Below are positions 37,237 through 47,213 of a DNA stretch of 64,000 nt, one piece after another. This DNA is from Treponema sp. Its GTDB lineage: Bacteria; Spirochaetota; Spirochaetia; Treponematales; Breznakiellaceae. The notes beneath the pieces were generated by a model. That model saw only the letters and a program-made list of their open reading frames with translations. It was not told where the DNA came from and did no database searches. Both the position numbers and the translations under genes were made by a program. The DNA lies in NCBI GenBank assembly GCA_031255645.1, contig JAIRSC010000090.1, forward strand, positions 10,927 through 74,926, written 5' to 3'. Position 1 is the stretch's first letter; every line of letters starts with the position of its first letter.

Positions 37237-37635
37237 TTACCAGACGGTACAAATAATCTCGCCGCCGACCTTCTTTTCGGCGGCCTTCTTCCCCGTGGTA
37301 ACACCCTTGGAAGTTGAAACGATAAGCGTTCCGTAGCCGTTGTATACCCTCGGCATGTTTTTATAACCCGCGTATACCCGGCGGCCCGGCTTGCTTACCT
37401 TTTCCAGGCCGTGAATCACCGGCCCGGTTTCATCATCGTATTTAAGGAATACCCGTATGGTATTGATTCCTTCCTGATTCACTTTCTTGAAATTCTTGAT
37501 ATACCCTTCTGTCTTTAAGATCTTGACGATCTCAAGCTTTAATTTCGAGGTAGGAATATCAACCTTTTCATGCTTTGCCATTCCGGCATTCCGGATTTTG
37601 GTCAGCATATCCGCAACGGGATCAGAAACGCTCAT
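37237..37635 (-). CDS. rpsH: 30S ribosomal protein uS8
   Basis: [17 protein letters not shown] is the canonical S8 start. Confidence 0.95.
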   Translation of the reverse strand: MSVSDPVADMLTKIRNAGMAKHEKVDIPTSKLKLEIVKILKTEGYIKNFKKVNQEGINTIRVFLKYDDETGPVIHGLEKVSKPGRRVYAGYKNMPRVYNGYGTLIVSTSKGVTTGKKAAEKKVGGEIICTVW

Positions 37636-37644
37636 CCTTTTCTC

Positions 37645-37830
37645 CTACCAGCTGGATTTAGTGACGCCCGGAATAAGTCCTTCGCTCGCGAGTTTGCGGA
37701 AACAAAGGCGGCACATTTCAAATTTACGCAGGTAACCCCTTGCCCGGCCGCAAATCCGGCAGCGGTTAACCTTTCTTGTCTTGTACTTGGGCGCCCGCAG
37801 GGCCTTTATAATCATCGCTTTTCTTGCCAT
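37645..37830 (-). CDS. rpsN: 30S ribosomal protein uS14, short zinc-binding type Z
   Basis: 61 aa from [18 protein letters not shown]...CRLCFR gives two CxxC pairs. Confidence 0.9.
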   Translation of the reverse strand: MARKAMIIKALRAPKYKTRKVNRCRICGRARGYLRKFEMCRLCFRKLASEGLIPGVTKSSW

Positions 37831-37840
37831 GTTCACTCCT

Positions 37841-37860
37841 AAAAAGCGGCGGCGCCGCTT
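37841..37860 (-). terminator. GC-rich hairpin plus U-run immediately upstream of the rpsN SD (attenuator/terminator-like)
   Basis: The mRNA sense reads AAGCGGCGCCGCCGCTTTTT, followed directly by AGGAGTGAACATG. Confidence 0.4.
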
Positions 37861-37921
37861 AGGTTAATCGGACAGTAACACCTAGTGTTAATGATTACTC
37901 CTTGTCGTCAAGGCCCGCGGC

Positions 37922-38473
37922 CTATTTCCTGAACGGCATCCCGAATTTGGCGAGGAAGGCTTTTGCCTCCGCGTCGGTTCGGGCGGTGGTAACGATGGCT
38001 ATGTTAAGCCCCGCGACCCGTTCGATTTTATCAAAGTCGATCTCCGGGAAGATGATCTGCTCGGTAATGCCCAGCGAATAGTTCCCGTGACCGTCAAACG
38101 CGTTTTGGTTTACCCCGCGAAAGTCTTTTACGCGCGGCAGGGCGACGTTCACAAGCCTGTCGAAGAATTCGTACATCATCGCGCCCCTAAGGGTCACTTT
38201 CGCGCCGATTTCCTGACCGGCTCTGATCTTGAAATTCGCGATGCTCTTTTTGGCCTTTGTTTTGACGGCCTTTTGCCCGGTAATAAGGGTAAGATCGTCA
38301 ATGGCCGCGTCGAGAAGCTTTTTGTTTTGAAGGGCTTCCCCCACCCCCATGCTGACAATTATTTTTTCCAGCCTTGGGGTCTGCATCGGCGATTTATAGC
38401 CGAATTCCTTAAAAAGCTCACCCGCGATCTGTTCGCGGTACATTTTTTTAAGCCGCGGTTCGTTGTTCTTCAT
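37922..38473 (-). CDS. rplE: 50S ribosomal protein uL5
   Basis: Start at [12 protein letters not shown] (TAATG overlap with rplX). GMPFRK C-terminus. Confidence 0.95.
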   Translation of the reverse strand: MKNNEPRLKKMYREQIAGELFKEFGYKSPMQTPRLEKIIVSMGVGEALQNKKLLDAAIDDLTLITGQKAVKTKAKKSIANFKIRAGQEIGAKVTLRGAMMYEFFDRLVNVALPRVKDFRGVNQNAFDGHGNYSLGITEQIIFPEIDFDKIERVAGLNIAIVTTARTDAEAKAFLAKFGMPFRK

Positions 38474-38811
38474 TACAGAGCCTCTCCGCATTTTCTGCAA
38501 ACCCTGGTTTTGGCCGCCTTGCCCCTGTCGGACGAAAGCTTATAGCCGATCCTCGTAGGCCCGCACTTTTTGCAGACGATCATCACATTGGAAGCGTGGA
38601 TCGCCGCCTCTATTTCCGCGATACCGCCGCGGTCCTGCTGGCTTCTCCGCTTTTGGGCCTTCTTGACCATATTGGCCCCTTCAACCACGACGCGGTCTTT
38701 GCCGCGGAGTATCTTGAGGACACGCCCGCGCTTGCCTTTGTCTTTGCCGGTTATGATCTCGACGGTATCTTCTTTTCTAAGCTTGTATTTATGTTCCACG
38801 CTGACTGCCAT
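38473..38811 (-). CDS. rplX: 50S ribosomal protein uL24 (Cys4 variant)
   Basis: [10 protein letters not shown]...[11 protein letters not shown], plus CKKCG...CRKCG as in Thermus/Thermotoga-type L24. Confidence 0.9.
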   Translation of the reverse strand: MAVSVEHKYKLRKEDTVEIITGKDKGKRGRVLKILRGKDRVVVEGANMVKKAQKRRSQQDRGGIAEIEAAIHASNVMIVCKKCGPTRIGYKLSSDRGKAAKTRVCRKCGEAL

Positions 38812-38826
38812 ACCAATACCTCAACT

Positions 38827-39198
38827 CTATAACACTTCCGGGGCCAGGGATACGATTTTCATAAAACCGATCTTTTCCCGCAGTTCCCTCGCGACGGGAC
38901 CAAAAACGCGCTTTCCCTTGGGATTATGGGCCGCGTCGATAATAACGCAGGCGTTATCGTCGAAACGGATATAGGTTCCGTCGGGGCGGCGGTATTCCTT
39001 GTGGGTACGAACCACAACCGCTTTTTCCACGGAGCCCTTTTTAATCACCGAAGTCGGCAGGGCATCCTTGACGGCAACGACAATAATATCCCCGATGCCC
39101 GCGTACTTGCGCTTCGAACCGCCAAGGACCTTGATACACTGAACGATCTTGGCTCCCGAATTGTCGGCCACATTCAGGAACGTTTCTACCTGAACCAT
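38827..39198 (-). CDS. rplN: 50S ribosomal protein uL14
   Basis: [17 protein letters not shown] is the canonical L14 start. Confidence 0.95.
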   Translation of the reverse strand: MVQVETFLNVADNSGAKIVQCIKVLGGSKRKYAGIGDIIVVAVKDALPTSVIKKGSVEKAVVVRTHKEYRRPDGTYIRFDDNACVIIDAAHNPKGKRVFGPVARELREKIGFMKIVSLAPEVL

Positions 39199-39246
39199 CT
39201 CTTTCTCCTGGGGACGTACTGAAAAACCCGGAGCTTTTCAGCGCGC
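39199..39246 (-). promoter_or_regulatory. leader module copy 1 (hairpin plus conserved SD block) before rplN
   Basis: The mRNA sense is GCGCGCTGAAAAGCTCCGGGTTTTTCAGTACGTCCCCAGGAGAAAGAG-ATG. It shares GCGCTGAAAA / TTTTCAGTA / GTCCCCAGGAGAAA with 39952-40005. Confidence 0.5.
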
Positions 39247-39399
39247 CTCTCTGTATTTACCCGTTTCCGCGCAAACACGAACTTTAAAGCAGCGTTATTC
39301 CCCAACATTTTAAAAACGTCGGGGAATCCCGATTGTACTTGTTTGCCGGCCAAGGAATTAGCCTATTCCCTGCCTGACAAACCCAAATCTATGGTGTAT

Positions 39400-39421
39400 A
39401 AAAACGCTCCTCCGCGTTTTT
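39400..39421 (-). terminator. weak terminator-like hairpin overlapping the rpsQ stop (S10/spc operon boundary)
   Basis: The mRNA sense is TAAAAACGCGGAGGAGCGTTTTTAT. The stem is AAAAACGC/GCGTTTTT and is U-rich 3'. Confidence 0.3.
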
Positions 39422-39686
39422 AACGCGCCCTTTCAAGAACCGCCGCGAGTTTCCAGCATTTTTCCTTGCTGACCGGACGGCATTCCACTACCCGCACCCT
39501 GTCGCCGATTTTGGCGTCATTGGTTTCGTCATGGGCTTTAAGCCTCTTGGTCCGGGTAATGTACTTCTTGTACAGAGGATGCAAGGTCAATGTTTCCACG
39601 GCGACCACGATGGTTTTATCCATTTTGTCGCTTTTGACCACACCCACAAATTCCTTTTTCCTGCTCTTTACCTTGGTTTGTTCCAT
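39420..39686 (-). CDS. rpsQ: 30S ribosomal protein uS17
   Basis: 88 aa. [19 protein letters not shown]...[24 protein letters not shown]. Confidence 0.95.
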   Translation of the reverse strand: MEQTKVKSRKKEFVGVVKSDKMDKTIVVAVETLTLHPLYKKYITRTKRLKAHDETNDAKIGDRVRVVECRPVSKEKCWKLAAVLERAR

Positions 39687-39687
39687 A

Positions 39688-39951
39688 CTACGCCTTCTTC
39701 TCCGCCGCTTTCCGGGCGCCGCCCGAAGGTTTCCGCGCCGCGTTGGAATTAAACTTTCCCGCTTCGTTCAGCTCATGCTGTCGTACCAGAGTGTTGAGCC
39801 TGGCAAGCTGCCGGCGCATCGTCCGTTTTTGCAAAGGGTTATCGACATGCCCGATTACCATCTGGAAACGGAGTTCCATATATTTTCTGGAAAGCTCGTC
39901 GCGTTTAACCTTGAGCTCCTGAAAAGAGAGGTTTCTGAATGAATTTTTCAT
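39688..39951 (-). CDS. rpmC: 50S ribosomal protein uL29 with basic C-terminal extension
   Basis: [23 protein letters not shown] is an L29 helix; operon position. Confidence 0.9.
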   Translation of the reverse strand: MKNSFRNLSFQELKVKRDELSRKYMELRFQMVIGHVDNPLQKRTMRRQLARLNTLVRQHELNEAGKFNSNAARKPSGGARKAAEKKA

Positions 39952-40005
39952 CCGTTTCTCCTGGGGACATACTGAAAACGCCTTACCGCGTTTTTCAGCG
40001 CTTTT
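39952..40005 (-). promoter_or_regulatory. leader module copy 2 (hairpin plus conserved SD block) before rpmC
   Basis: The mRNA sense is AAAAGCGCTGAAAAACGCGGTAAGGCGTTTTCAGTATGTCCCCAGGAGAAACGG-ATG. The stem is 10 bp with one bulge. Confidence 0.5.
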
Positions 40006-40428
40006 TTAGGCCAGCTCAAAATCGGCGCGGGCCACGACCTTGGTCTTAATGGGAAGCTTGGCCCCGGCAAGGATCATCGCTTCCTCGGCGAGCTTTTTGT
40101 CGATACCGCCAAGCTCAAACATAACCGTACCGGGTTTTACCACGGCTACCCAGTATTCCGGGGCGCCCTTTCCCTTGCCCATGCGGGTTTCCGCGGGTTT
40201 TTTGGAATAGGGCTTGTCCGGAAAAATCCGTATCCACAGTTTACCGCCGCGTTTAACATGACGGTTCATCGCGATACGGGCCGCTTCTATCTGCCGGTTG
40301 GTGATCCACATTCTGTCCAAAGCCACAAGGCCGTACTCGCCAAACACCACGGTGTTTCCCCGTGTCGCGTTGCCGGGCATATTGCCCCGCTGTACCTTGC
40401 GGTGTCTTACACGCTTGGGACTCAGCAT
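40006..40428 (-). CDS. rplP: 50S ribosomal protein uL16
   Basis: [17 protein letters not shown] is the canonical L16 start. Confidence 0.95.
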   Translation of the reverse strand: MLSPKRVRHRKVQRGNMPGNATRGNTVVFGEYGLVALDRMWITNRQIEAARIAMNRHVKRGGKLWIRIFPDKPYSKKPAETRMGKGKGAPEYWVAVVKPGTVMFELGGIDKKLAEEAMILAGAKLPIKTKVVARADFELA

Positions 40429-40449
40429 CTTCTCTTTCTCCCCCCGGCC

Positions 40450-41160
40450 CTAGGAACCGGCCCGCGCGGGAACCCGTTCCCGCCGCTTCCTGACAAGAGC
40501 GCCGGCGTCTTCCTTCTGCTCTTTGCCGTATTTCATGCCGTTGTAAACCCACACCTTGACGCCTATCGCGCCGAAGGTCGTATGGGCTTCGGCAAAACCG
40601 TAATCAATATCCGCCCGCAGGGTATGCAGCGGTATGCGCCCTTCCTTGGCTTCTTCGGTACGGGACATTTCCGCGCCGCCGAGCCGACCGGACAGCCGCA
40701 CCTTGATTCCCTGGGCGTTCCCTTTTTTAATCGCGTTGGAAATCGCCTGTTTCATCGTCCGGCGGAAACTGCCCCTGGCAAGAAGCTGACGCGCGATGTT
40801 CTGGGCGACAATCTGCGCGTTGTTGTCGGCGTTCCGGACTTCTTTTATCTTTATCTGTATTTTCTTCGTAACAAACTTCTGGAGTTCCGCGCCGATTTTC
40901 TCGATATTGGCGCCCTTGACCCCGATAATTACCCCGGGCCTCGCGGTGTGGATCACAATCGTAATCCGCTGCGGGTGGCGGATAATCTCCAGTTCCGCTA
41001 TGTCCGCGCCCTTTGTTTCGGGCATTGACATAATCCGCGTACGGAGCTTCAGGTCCTCGTGAAGGGTGTTCGCGTATTCCCTTGGGTCAACATACCAGCG
41101 GGAAAACCAGGTTTTGTTGATCCCTATCCGCAGTCCGACCGGGTTAACTTTCTGTCCCAT
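40450..41160 (-). CDS. rpsC: 30S ribosomal protein uS3
   Basis: [18 protein letters not shown] is the canonical S3 start; KH domain. Confidence 0.95.
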   Translation of the reverse strand: MGQKVNPVGLRIGINKTWFSRWYVDPREYANTLHEDLKLRTRIMSMPETKGADIAELEIIRHPQRITIVIHTARPGVIIGVKGANIEKIGAELQKFVTKKIQIKIKEVRNADNNAQIVAQNIARQLLARGSFRRTMKQAISNAIKKGNAQGIKVRLSGRLGGAEMSRTEEAKEGRIPLHTLRADIDYGFAEAHTTFGAIGVKVWVYNGMKYGKEQKEDAGALVRKRRERVPARAGS

Positions 41161-41550
41161 TTACCTTGCCGCCTTTGCCGGACTTTGCTTTTTTCCGGCC
41201 GCGCTTGTTTCGTCGATGACGACCCTGATATGGCAGAGCCGTTTAAGAAGCATATCCGCCCTGCCCCTGGCCCGGAACCAAATCCGCTTCATCCGGGGGC
41301 CTTCGTCTATCGTTACTTCCTTTATATACAGCATGTCTTCGTCAAGCTTCTTGTTCAGACTCAGGGCGTTGGAAGCCGCCGATTTAACGGTTTTCCTGAC
41401 AAGCCGCGCCCCCCGGTGAGGCATGCTTTCCAGCAGGGCCATCGCCTCGGGATAACTTTTCAGCCGCACAAGGTTTGCCACGGGCCTGATCTTGTAGGGT
41501 GAGGCGATAATAAATTTGGTCTCGGCCCTGTATCCGCTTTTAGTTTCCAT
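41161..41550 (-). CDS. rplV: 50S ribosomal protein uL22
   Basis: 129 aa. IRPVANLVR... and FRARGRADMLLKRLCHIRVVI. Confidence 0.9.
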   Translation of the reverse strand: METKSGYRAETKFIIASPYKIRPVANLVRLKSYPEAMALLESMPHRGARLVRKTVKSAASNALSLNKKLDEDMLYIKEVTIDEGPRMKRIWFRARGRADMLLKRLCHIRVVIDETSAAGKKQSPAKAAR

Positions 41551-41582
41551 AATCGTTCCCTTCGAATCGTCCTTGTTGGGCC

Positions 41583-41861
41583 CTACTTCGCGGCCTTTTT
41601 ATCGGATCCGGCGTGTCCCCTGAATATCCTCGTAGGGGCGAATTCCCCCAGCTTGTGTCCGACAAGATTTTCGGTGATATAAACCGGAACCCAAACCTTG
41701 CCGTTGTATACCGAAACCGTAGCGCCTACCATTTCGGGTATAATCGTTGAACAGCGGGAATAGGTCTTTATCATTTTCCTGTCCCCGGCCTTGCTCATTT
41801 CCAGCACCTTTTTATACAGGCTTTTCTCTATAAAAGGGCCTTTTTTTATCGAACGTGACAC
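41583..41861 (-). CDS. rpsS: 30S ribosomal protein uS19
   Basis: [15 protein letters not shown] and [28 protein letters not shown]. Confidence 0.95.
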   Translation of the reverse strand: MSRSIKKGPFIEKSLYKKVLEMSKAGDRKMIKTYSRCSTIIPEMVGATVSVYNGKVWVPVYITENLVGHKLGEFAPTRIFRGHAGSDKKAAK

Positions 41862-41879
41862 CTGCCGTTTTCTCCTCTG

Positions 41880-42710
41880 CTACTTTTTCTTCGCGCGGCT
41901 CACAATAAACCGCGTAGAAGGTTTGTGCTTGTTCCGGGTCTTGTAGCCCTTGGTCGGCTGCCCCCAGGGGCTGACCGGATGAATGCCCTTGTTCTTGCCC
42001 TCGCCGCCCCCGTGGGGATGATCCACCGGATTCATCGCCATGCCGCGGACCGTGGGACGCACTCCCAGCCAGCGTTTCCGGCCGGCCTTTCCGAGGCTTA
42101 CGTTCATGTGATCCTCGTTACCGACCGTTCCGATTGTGGCGTAGCATTTTTTGAAAATCATCCGCATTTCGCCGGAGGGAAGCTTAACGGTAACATAATC
42201 GCCCTCTTTGGCGGCGACCAGAGCGCTCGCGCCGGCGGAACGGGCCATCTGCCCGCCCCTGCCCAGGCTGAGTTCTATATTGTGAACGGTAAATCCCAGC
42301 GGGATGTTTTCAAGGGGAAGGGCGTTTCCCGTCTCAATCGGCGCCGAGGGGCCGGCGGTTATTTTGGCGCCGACGGCCAGGCCCTTGGGGGCGATAATGT
42401 AGCGTTTGTCCCCGTCCGCGTAGGAAACAAGCGCGATATTGGCGCTGCGGTTGGGATCGTATTCAATGGAAACGACTTTGCCGGGAACCCCCGTCTTGTC
42501 GCGCTTAAAATCAACTTCCCGGTAACGCCGCTTGTGTCCGCCGCCCTTGTGCCGGACGCTGATCCTGCCGTTGGAATCGCGGCCCGCTTTTTCGGCCCGC
42601 CCGCTCGTAAGGGACTTTTCCGGCTTTTTCTTTTTGCTAAGCTCGGAATAATCAAGGCTTGTCCAGGCCCGCATGCCGGCGGTTATCGGCTTGTATGTCT
42701 TGATACCCAT
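41880..42710 (-). CDS. rplB: 50S ribosomal protein uL2
   Basis: Start taken at [23 protein letters not shown] and [13 protein letters not shown] blocks. Confidence 0.95.
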   Translation of the reverse strand: MGIKTYKPITAGMRAWTSLDYSELSKKKKPEKSLTSGRAEKAGRDSNGRISVRHKGGGHKRRYREVDFKRDKTGVPGKVVSIEYDPNRSANIALVSYADGDKRYIIAPKGLAVGAKITAGPSAPIETGNALPLENIPLGFTVHNIELSLGRGGQMARSAGASALVAAKEGDYVTVKLPSGEMRMIFKKCYATIGTVGNEDHMNVSLGKAGRKRWLGVRPTVRGMAMNPVDHPHGGGEGKNKGIHPVSPWGQPTKGYKTRNKHKPSTRFIVSRAKKK

Positions 42711-42711
42711 G

Positions 42712-42996
42712 TTATACGCCCTCGAAGATGCTGATTTTTTCGTCTTTGGCAAGGCGCACAATGGCCTTTTTCCAGGTCGAAGTATAGCCGGGCCTGTTCC
42801 GCAGCCGTTTCGGTTTTCCGCCCACGACCATTACGGTACAGGATACGGGATGTACGTTAAACAGCCTGCGTACCGCTTCTTTGATTTCCGGCTTGGTCGC
42901 CCGGAAATCGACCTTGAACACGTATTTGCCCTCTTCCCGGAGAATATTCGATTTTTCGGAAAGAACCGGCTCAATAAGTATTGATTCGTAGTTCAT
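42712..42996 (-). CDS. rplW: 50S ribosomal protein uL23
   Basis: 94 aa. IEPVLSEKS...[16 protein letters not shown]. Confidence 0.9.
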   Translation of the reverse strand: MNYESILIEPVLSEKSNILREEGKYVFKVDFRATKPEIKEAVRRLFNVHPVSCTVMVVGGKPKRLRNRPGYTSTWKKAIVRLAKDEKISIFEGV

Positions 42997-43631
42997 GCTC
43001 CGGTTTCCTCCCCGCCGTAAAATTCATTCAGATTTTTCGCCGCGCTTTCCAGTAAAAGCACCCGCCGCCCGTAAAAAAGGTCGTGGGCGCGGAGCCGGTT
43101 ATAGGAAAGAAACGAAAGCCAGGGAATATTGGCCCCCGCCCGCTTTGTCATTGGGTCGTTGTCCTTAAGAACGACAACCGTCCGTTCGGGACCGCCGAAA
43201 TTATTGAGGAAAGCGGCCAGATCTTTGGTCTTCCCCGACTCAATCGAAAAATCCTCTACGATTTTGAGGGTGTCGCTCTGAACCTTGAGGCTCAGAATGG
43301 TTTTCATCGCCGCCCGTTTGGCCTTTTTCGGTATCGACCAGGAAAAATCCCTGGGCTTCGGCCCGAATACCGTACCGCCGCCTACCAAAATGGGCGATTT
43401 TTTATCGCCCCGCCTGGCCCTGCCGGTGCCCTTTTGTTTATAGGGCTTGGCGTTGGAACCGTGAACTTCTCCCCTGTCTTTGGTACAGGCCGTACCGAGC
43501 CGTTTGTTGGCAAGCTCGCTGTTGATCGCGTACCAGATAAGATCCTCGTTAACGGGAAGCCCGAACACTTCTTCGTTCAGCTCCACGCTGCGCAGTTCCT
43601 TGCCGTCTTTTGAATACACCGTCCGGTTCAT
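42993..43631 (-). CDS. rplD: 50S ribosomal protein uL4
   Basis: 212 aa. KPYKQKGTGRARRGDKKSPILVGGGTVFGPKPRDF. Confidence 0.95.
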   Translation of the reverse strand: MNRTVYSKDGKELRSVELNEEVFGLPVNEDLIWYAINSELANKRLGTACTKDRGEVHGSNAKPYKQKGTGRARRGDKKSPILVGGGTVFGPKPRDFSWSIPKKAKRAAMKTILSLKVQSDTLKIVEDFSIESGKTKDLAAFLNNFGGPERTVVVLKDNDPMTKRAGANIPWLSFLSYNRLRAHDLFYGRRVLLLESAAKNLNEFYGGEETGA

Positions 43632-43641
43632 GTTCCTTCCC

Positions 43642-44292
43642 CTACTTCTTCACCGCGGAGCGTACCACGACAAGGCTCTGGTTTATTCCGGGCACGGCGC
43701 CCCGAATCATAAGAAGCTTGTTTTCAGCGTCAAGCTTGACAACCCTAAGGCTTAAAACCGTAACCTTTTCGCGGCCCATGCGGCCGGGCATTTTTACGTT
43801 TTTGAAGGTCTTGTGGGGATACGTGGACTGGCCCGTGGAACCCGGCTCGCGGTGAAACTTGGAACCGTGGGAAGCCCGGCCGCCGCCGAAACCGTAACGC
43901 CTTACAACGCCCTGAAAACCCTTGCCTTTTGAAATGCCGCTTACGTCGACATAACGGCAGCCTTCGAACAACTCCAACCCAACAGCGTCGCCGGGATTCA
44001 CGTCTTTTTCAAAATCCCTGAATTCCTTGACGTACTTTTGCGGGCCGGTTTCTTCGGGAAACTGCCCCGTATAGGGCTTGCTCGCCACGCTGCCCCGCCT
44101 TGAGCCTTTGGTTTTTTGCCAGGGCTTTTTTTCGCCCAGCCCAAGCACAACAGCCTTATAGCCGTCTTTTTCTTTTTCTTTCCGGGCTATGACCGTGTTC
44201 GGATCCACGCGTAAAACCGTAACCGGCACAAGATTACCCGTGTCGTCAAAAATCTGTGTCATTCCCACTTTTCTGGCCATAAGACCCAACAT
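43642..44292 (-). CDS. rplC: 50S ribosomal protein uL3
   Basis: Start taken at MLGLMARKVGMTQIF (canonical), GGAG 8 nt upstream. The tracked ORF is 30 codons longer. Confidence 0.95.
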   Translation of the reverse strand: MLGLMARKVGMTQIFDDTGNLVPVTVLRVDPNTVIARKEKEKDGYKAVVLGLGEKKPWQKTKGSRRGSVASKPYTGQFPEETGPQKYVKEFRDFEKDVNPGDAVGLELFEGCRYVDVSGISKGKGFQGVVRRYGFGGGRASHGSKFHREPGSTGQSTYPHKTFKNVKMPGRMGREKVTVLSLRVVKLDAENKLLMIRGAVPGINQSLVVVRSAVKK

Positions 44293-44388
44293 GGTATACT
44301 CCAAAAAACGGCGCGCCATTCCCGAAAAATTCTGCCGCGGGAACCGTCCGCCCGAAATGACCCGTCGTAAAGGACGGGGCATTAAACG

Positions 44389-44697
44389 CTACTGCTTAAT
44401 TTCAACGTCAACCCCGGCCGGAAGTTCAAGCTTCATCAAAGAATCCATAACTTCTGAAGAAGGGCTGATAATATCGATCAGGCGCTTATGAGTGCGCATT
44501 TCAAACTGCTCGCGGCTTTTCTTGTTCACATGGGGTGAACGCAGCACCGTGAACTTGTTGATCCTGGTCGGAAGGGGAATGGGACCGGTAACTTTGGCCC
44601 CGGCCTTCTGAACCGTCTGAACGATAGACTTAGAGCTCTGATCGATCAACTCCACATCGAAACCGCGCAACATGACGCGAATTCGTTCCTTCGTCAT
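44389..44697 (-). CDS. rpsJ: 30S ribosomal protein uS10
   Basis: 102 aa. IRVMLRGFD...[29 protein letters not shown]. Confidence 0.95.
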   Translation of the reverse strand: MTKERIRVMLRGFDVELIDQSSKSIVQTVQKAGAKVTGPIPLPTRINKFTVLRSPHVNKKSREQFEMRTHKRLIDIISPSSEVMDSLMKLELPAGVDVEIKQ

Positions 44698-44772
44698 TAT
44701 TCCTCCACCCTTCGCTTCCGGGAAAAAGAAATGGCTGACATTTCAAAAGAAACGCCAACCATTATTTTTCCG

Positions 44773-45963
44773 TCACTCGATGATTTCAATTACCTGGCCG
44801 GAAGCAACGGTCTTGCCCCCCTCGCGGATAGCAAAGCGAAGCCCTTTCTCCATCGCGATTGGGTGAATGAGTTCGCCGAGAATCTCGGTATTGTCACCGG
44901 GCATAACCATTTCTTTCCCTTCGGGAAGTTTAACCGTACCGGTAATGTCGGTAGTTCTAAAGTAGAACTGGGGCCGGTAACCGGTAAAGAACGGGCTGTG
45001 ACGTCCGCCTTCCTCTTTGGAAAGACAATATATCTGGCCCTTGAACTTGAGATGCGGGGTTATCGAACCGGGTTTCGCGAGAACCTGACCGCGTTCGACT
45101 TCCTTTTTCTCGATGCCGCGGAGCAGCGTACCGACGTTGTCGCCGGACTGGGCCTGATCGAGCAGCTTGTTGAACATTTCAATGCCCGTAACGACGGTTT
45201 TCTTCGTGGGTTTGATCCCGACGATTTCAATTTCCTCGTTGAGCTTAAGGATACCCCGTTCCACTTTTCCGGTAACGACCGTTCCACGGCCCTGGATCGT
45301 AAACACGTCCTCAATCGGCATAATGAAGGGCTTGTCGTCGTCGCGAACCGGATCGGGGAAATAGCTGTCCATCGCGGTAAGAAGCTCTTCGACACAGGCG
45401 CAGGCTTCGGCGTTGTCCGGTTCGGACATGGCCTTAAAGGCGGAACCTTTGATGATCGGGACTTCGTTGCCCGGGAAACCGTTCGCGGTAAGAACGTCTT
45501 TGATCTCTTCCTCGACGATTTCCAGCAGATCCGGATCGTCTACGAGATCGGTTTTGTTAAGGAAAACAATGATGTTGGGAACGCCGACCTGACGCGCCAG
45601 AATGATATGCTCCCTGGTCTGGGGCATAACCGAATCGGGAGCGGAAACGACGAGAACCGCGCCGTCCATCTGCGCCGCGCCGGTGATCATGTTTTTGATA
45701 TAGTCGGCGTGTCCGGGGCAGTCGATATGCGCATAATGGCGCTTTTCGGACTGATACTCCAGGTGCCTGGTATTGATAGTGATACCCCTGGCTTTCTCTT
45801 CCGGGGCGTTATCAATATCGTCAAATTTCATGACCTTGTCACCGTACTTCGTTCCGCAGTACATCGTGATGGCGGCGGAAAGAGTCGTTTTTCCGTGATC
45901 CACATGTCCTATCGTACCGACATTCATATGTACTTTGGTACGATTAAACTTGTCTTTTGCCAT
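44773..45963 (-). CDS. tuf: elongation factor Tu
   Basis: Start at [36 protein letters not shown] and NKTD blocks. 396 aa. Confidence 0.97.
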   Translation of the reverse strand: MAKDKFNRTKVHMNVGTIGHVDHGKTTLSAAITMYCGTKYGDKVMKFDDIDNAPEEKARGITINTRHLEYQSEKRHYAHIDCPGHADYIKNMITGAAQMDGAVLVVSAPDSVMPQTREHIILARQVGVPNIIVFLNKTDLVDDPDLLEIVEEEIKDVLTANGFPGNEVPIIKGSAFKAMSEPDNAEACACVEELLTAMDSYFPDPVRDDDKPFIMPIEDVFTIQGRGTVVTGKVERGILKLNEEIEIVGIKPTKKTVVTGIEMFNKLLDQAQSGDNVGTLLRGIEKKEVERGQVLAKPGSITPHLKFKGQIYCLSKEEGGRHSPFFTGYRPQFYFRTTDITGTVKLPEGKEMVMPGDNTEILGELIHPIAMEKGLRFAIREGGKTVASGQVIEIIE

Positions 45964-46147
45964 TACTCTCCTCCTAAAAATTAAAAGACCTAAATAAATT
46001 CCTGTCCAGTCCATCCGGGAATCAGTTTTGTTTTGGGGGAAAAAGACAGCCGCGCGTTGTTCCTTCGGCCCAAAAGCCCTGCCAAAGAACAGTAAGCTGT
46101 CATTCCACCTATCTCATCAAAACTGATGATCGGTTTGGATCGCGTCC

Positions 46148-46173
46148 ATGCGGAAAGCGGACCGCTCCCGCAT
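46148..46173 (-). terminator. strong hairpin immediately after rpsG stop (no U-tract)
   Basis: The mRNA sense is ATGCGGGAGCGGTCCGCTTTCCGCAT, a stem of about 11 bp with a 3-nt loop, beginning 1 nt after the TAA. Confidence 0.35.
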
Positions 46174-46174
46174 T

Positions 46175-46645
46175 TTACCATCTATAGTGCGCGAAAGCCT
46201 TGTTGGCCTCGGCGTTTTTATGCGTATCTTCTTTCTTCTTGAAAGCGGTACCGGTATTATTATACGCATCCAGCAGTTCCGCCGCAAGCCTGTCGCCCAT
46301 ACCGTGGCCCGATTTGGCCCTGGCGGCGTTGATAATCCAGCGCATCCCGAGGGCTTCGCGCCGGGATTCCCGTATCTCTATCGGAACCTGGTAGGTCGCG
46401 CCGCCGACGCGGCGGGACTTTACCTCGATAACCGGTTTTACGTTGTCGATGGCCTTCAGAAACACCTCCAAAGGCTCTTTTCCCGTCTTGGACTGAAGTA
46501 CCCCCAAGGCCTCATGGACCAGGCGGAGGGCGACAGAACGCTTGCCTTCCCACATCATGCGGTTTACAAATTTGGAAACCACGACGCTGTTGTATTTCGG
46601 ATCGGGCAAAATGCCCCGATCTACGGTTTTCTTCTTTCTACCCAT
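46175..46645 (-). CDS. rpsG: 30S ribosomal protein uS7
   Basis: 156 aa. ILPDPKYNSVVVSKFVN and KAFAHYRW end are canonical. Confidence 0.95.
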   Translation of the reverse strand: MGRKKKTVDRGILPDPKYNSVVVSKFVNRMMWEGKRSVALRLVHEALGVLQSKTGKEPLEVFLKAIDNVKPVIEVKSRRVGGATYQVPIEIRESRREALGMRWIINAARAKSGHGMGDRLAAELLDAYNNTGTAFKKKEDTHKNAEANKAFAHYRW

Positions 46646-46660
46646 ATACCCCGACCTGTA

Positions 46661-47035
46661 CTACGCCTTTGGCCGCTTGGCGCCGTATTTGGAACGGCTC
46701 CGCTTGCGGTCTTCCACGCCCAATGTATCCTTGGCGCCCCGGATAATATGGTACCGCACGCCGGGAAGGTCCTTTACCCTGCCGCCCCGAACCAGCACCA
46801 CCGAATGTTCCTGTAAATTATGGCCTATTCCGGGAATATAGGCGGTAACCTCGGTCCCGTGGGAAAGGCGCACCCTGGCCACCTTACGGAGGGCCGAATT
46901 GGGCTTTTTGGGGGTAACGGTCATTACCCGCGTACACACCCCCCGTTTCTGGGGGCAGGACTGAAGAGCCGGCGATTTTGTCTTGGAGGTAACCTGCTGT
47001 CTTCCAAAACGAACCAGCTGATTGATCGTAGGCAC
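46661..47035 (-). CDS. rpsL: 30S ribosomal protein uS12
   Basis: GTG start at 47033-47035 (VPTINQLVR..., GGGGAG 8 nt upstream). [16 protein letters not shown] and the [10 protein letters not shown] block. Confidence 0.95.
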   Translation of the reverse strand: MPTINQLVRFGRQQVTSKTKSPALQSCPQKRGVCTRVMTVTPKKPNSALRKVARVRLSHGTEVTAYIPGIGHNLQEHSVVLVRGGRVKDLPGVRYHIIRGAKDTLGVEDRKRSRSKYGAKRPKA

Positions 47036-47213
47036 TAAAAACTCCCCGGCGAATTCCGCCATATCCGCCCGCCGGACGCAAAACGCCCTACGCACGGTCC
47101 AGAGACTCCAAATAAAGGTATGATATAAACCAGGAGTCAAAATATAAGTCAGCCCCGCCGCGGAGCGGACGAAAAACGGGTCTCCATGACCGAAGGATCA
47201 TGAAAAAGCCGTA

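Noticed and set aside
38473-38811. Cys4 zinc-ribbon in L24 as a novelty.
   Set aside because: The same CxxC...CxxC arrangement is, as far as I recall, present in Thermus- and Thermotoga-type L24, so it is a known variant.
39247-39399. A sigma70 promoter for the spc operon in the rpsQ-rplN spacer (for example TACAAT at about 39330 on the minus strand).
   Set aside because: No acceptable -35 element lies at a 16-18-nt spacing for any of the -10-like hexamers I tried.
44731-45984. 417-aa plus-strand ORF opposite tuf.
   Set aside because: It is antisense to an unambiguous EF-Tu gene.
45964-46174. Hidden tRNA or fusA remnant in the rpsG-tuf spacer.
   Set aside because: I could not fold a cloverleaf (no GTTCRANYC T-loop), and none of the six frames shows EF-G-like G-domain motifs.
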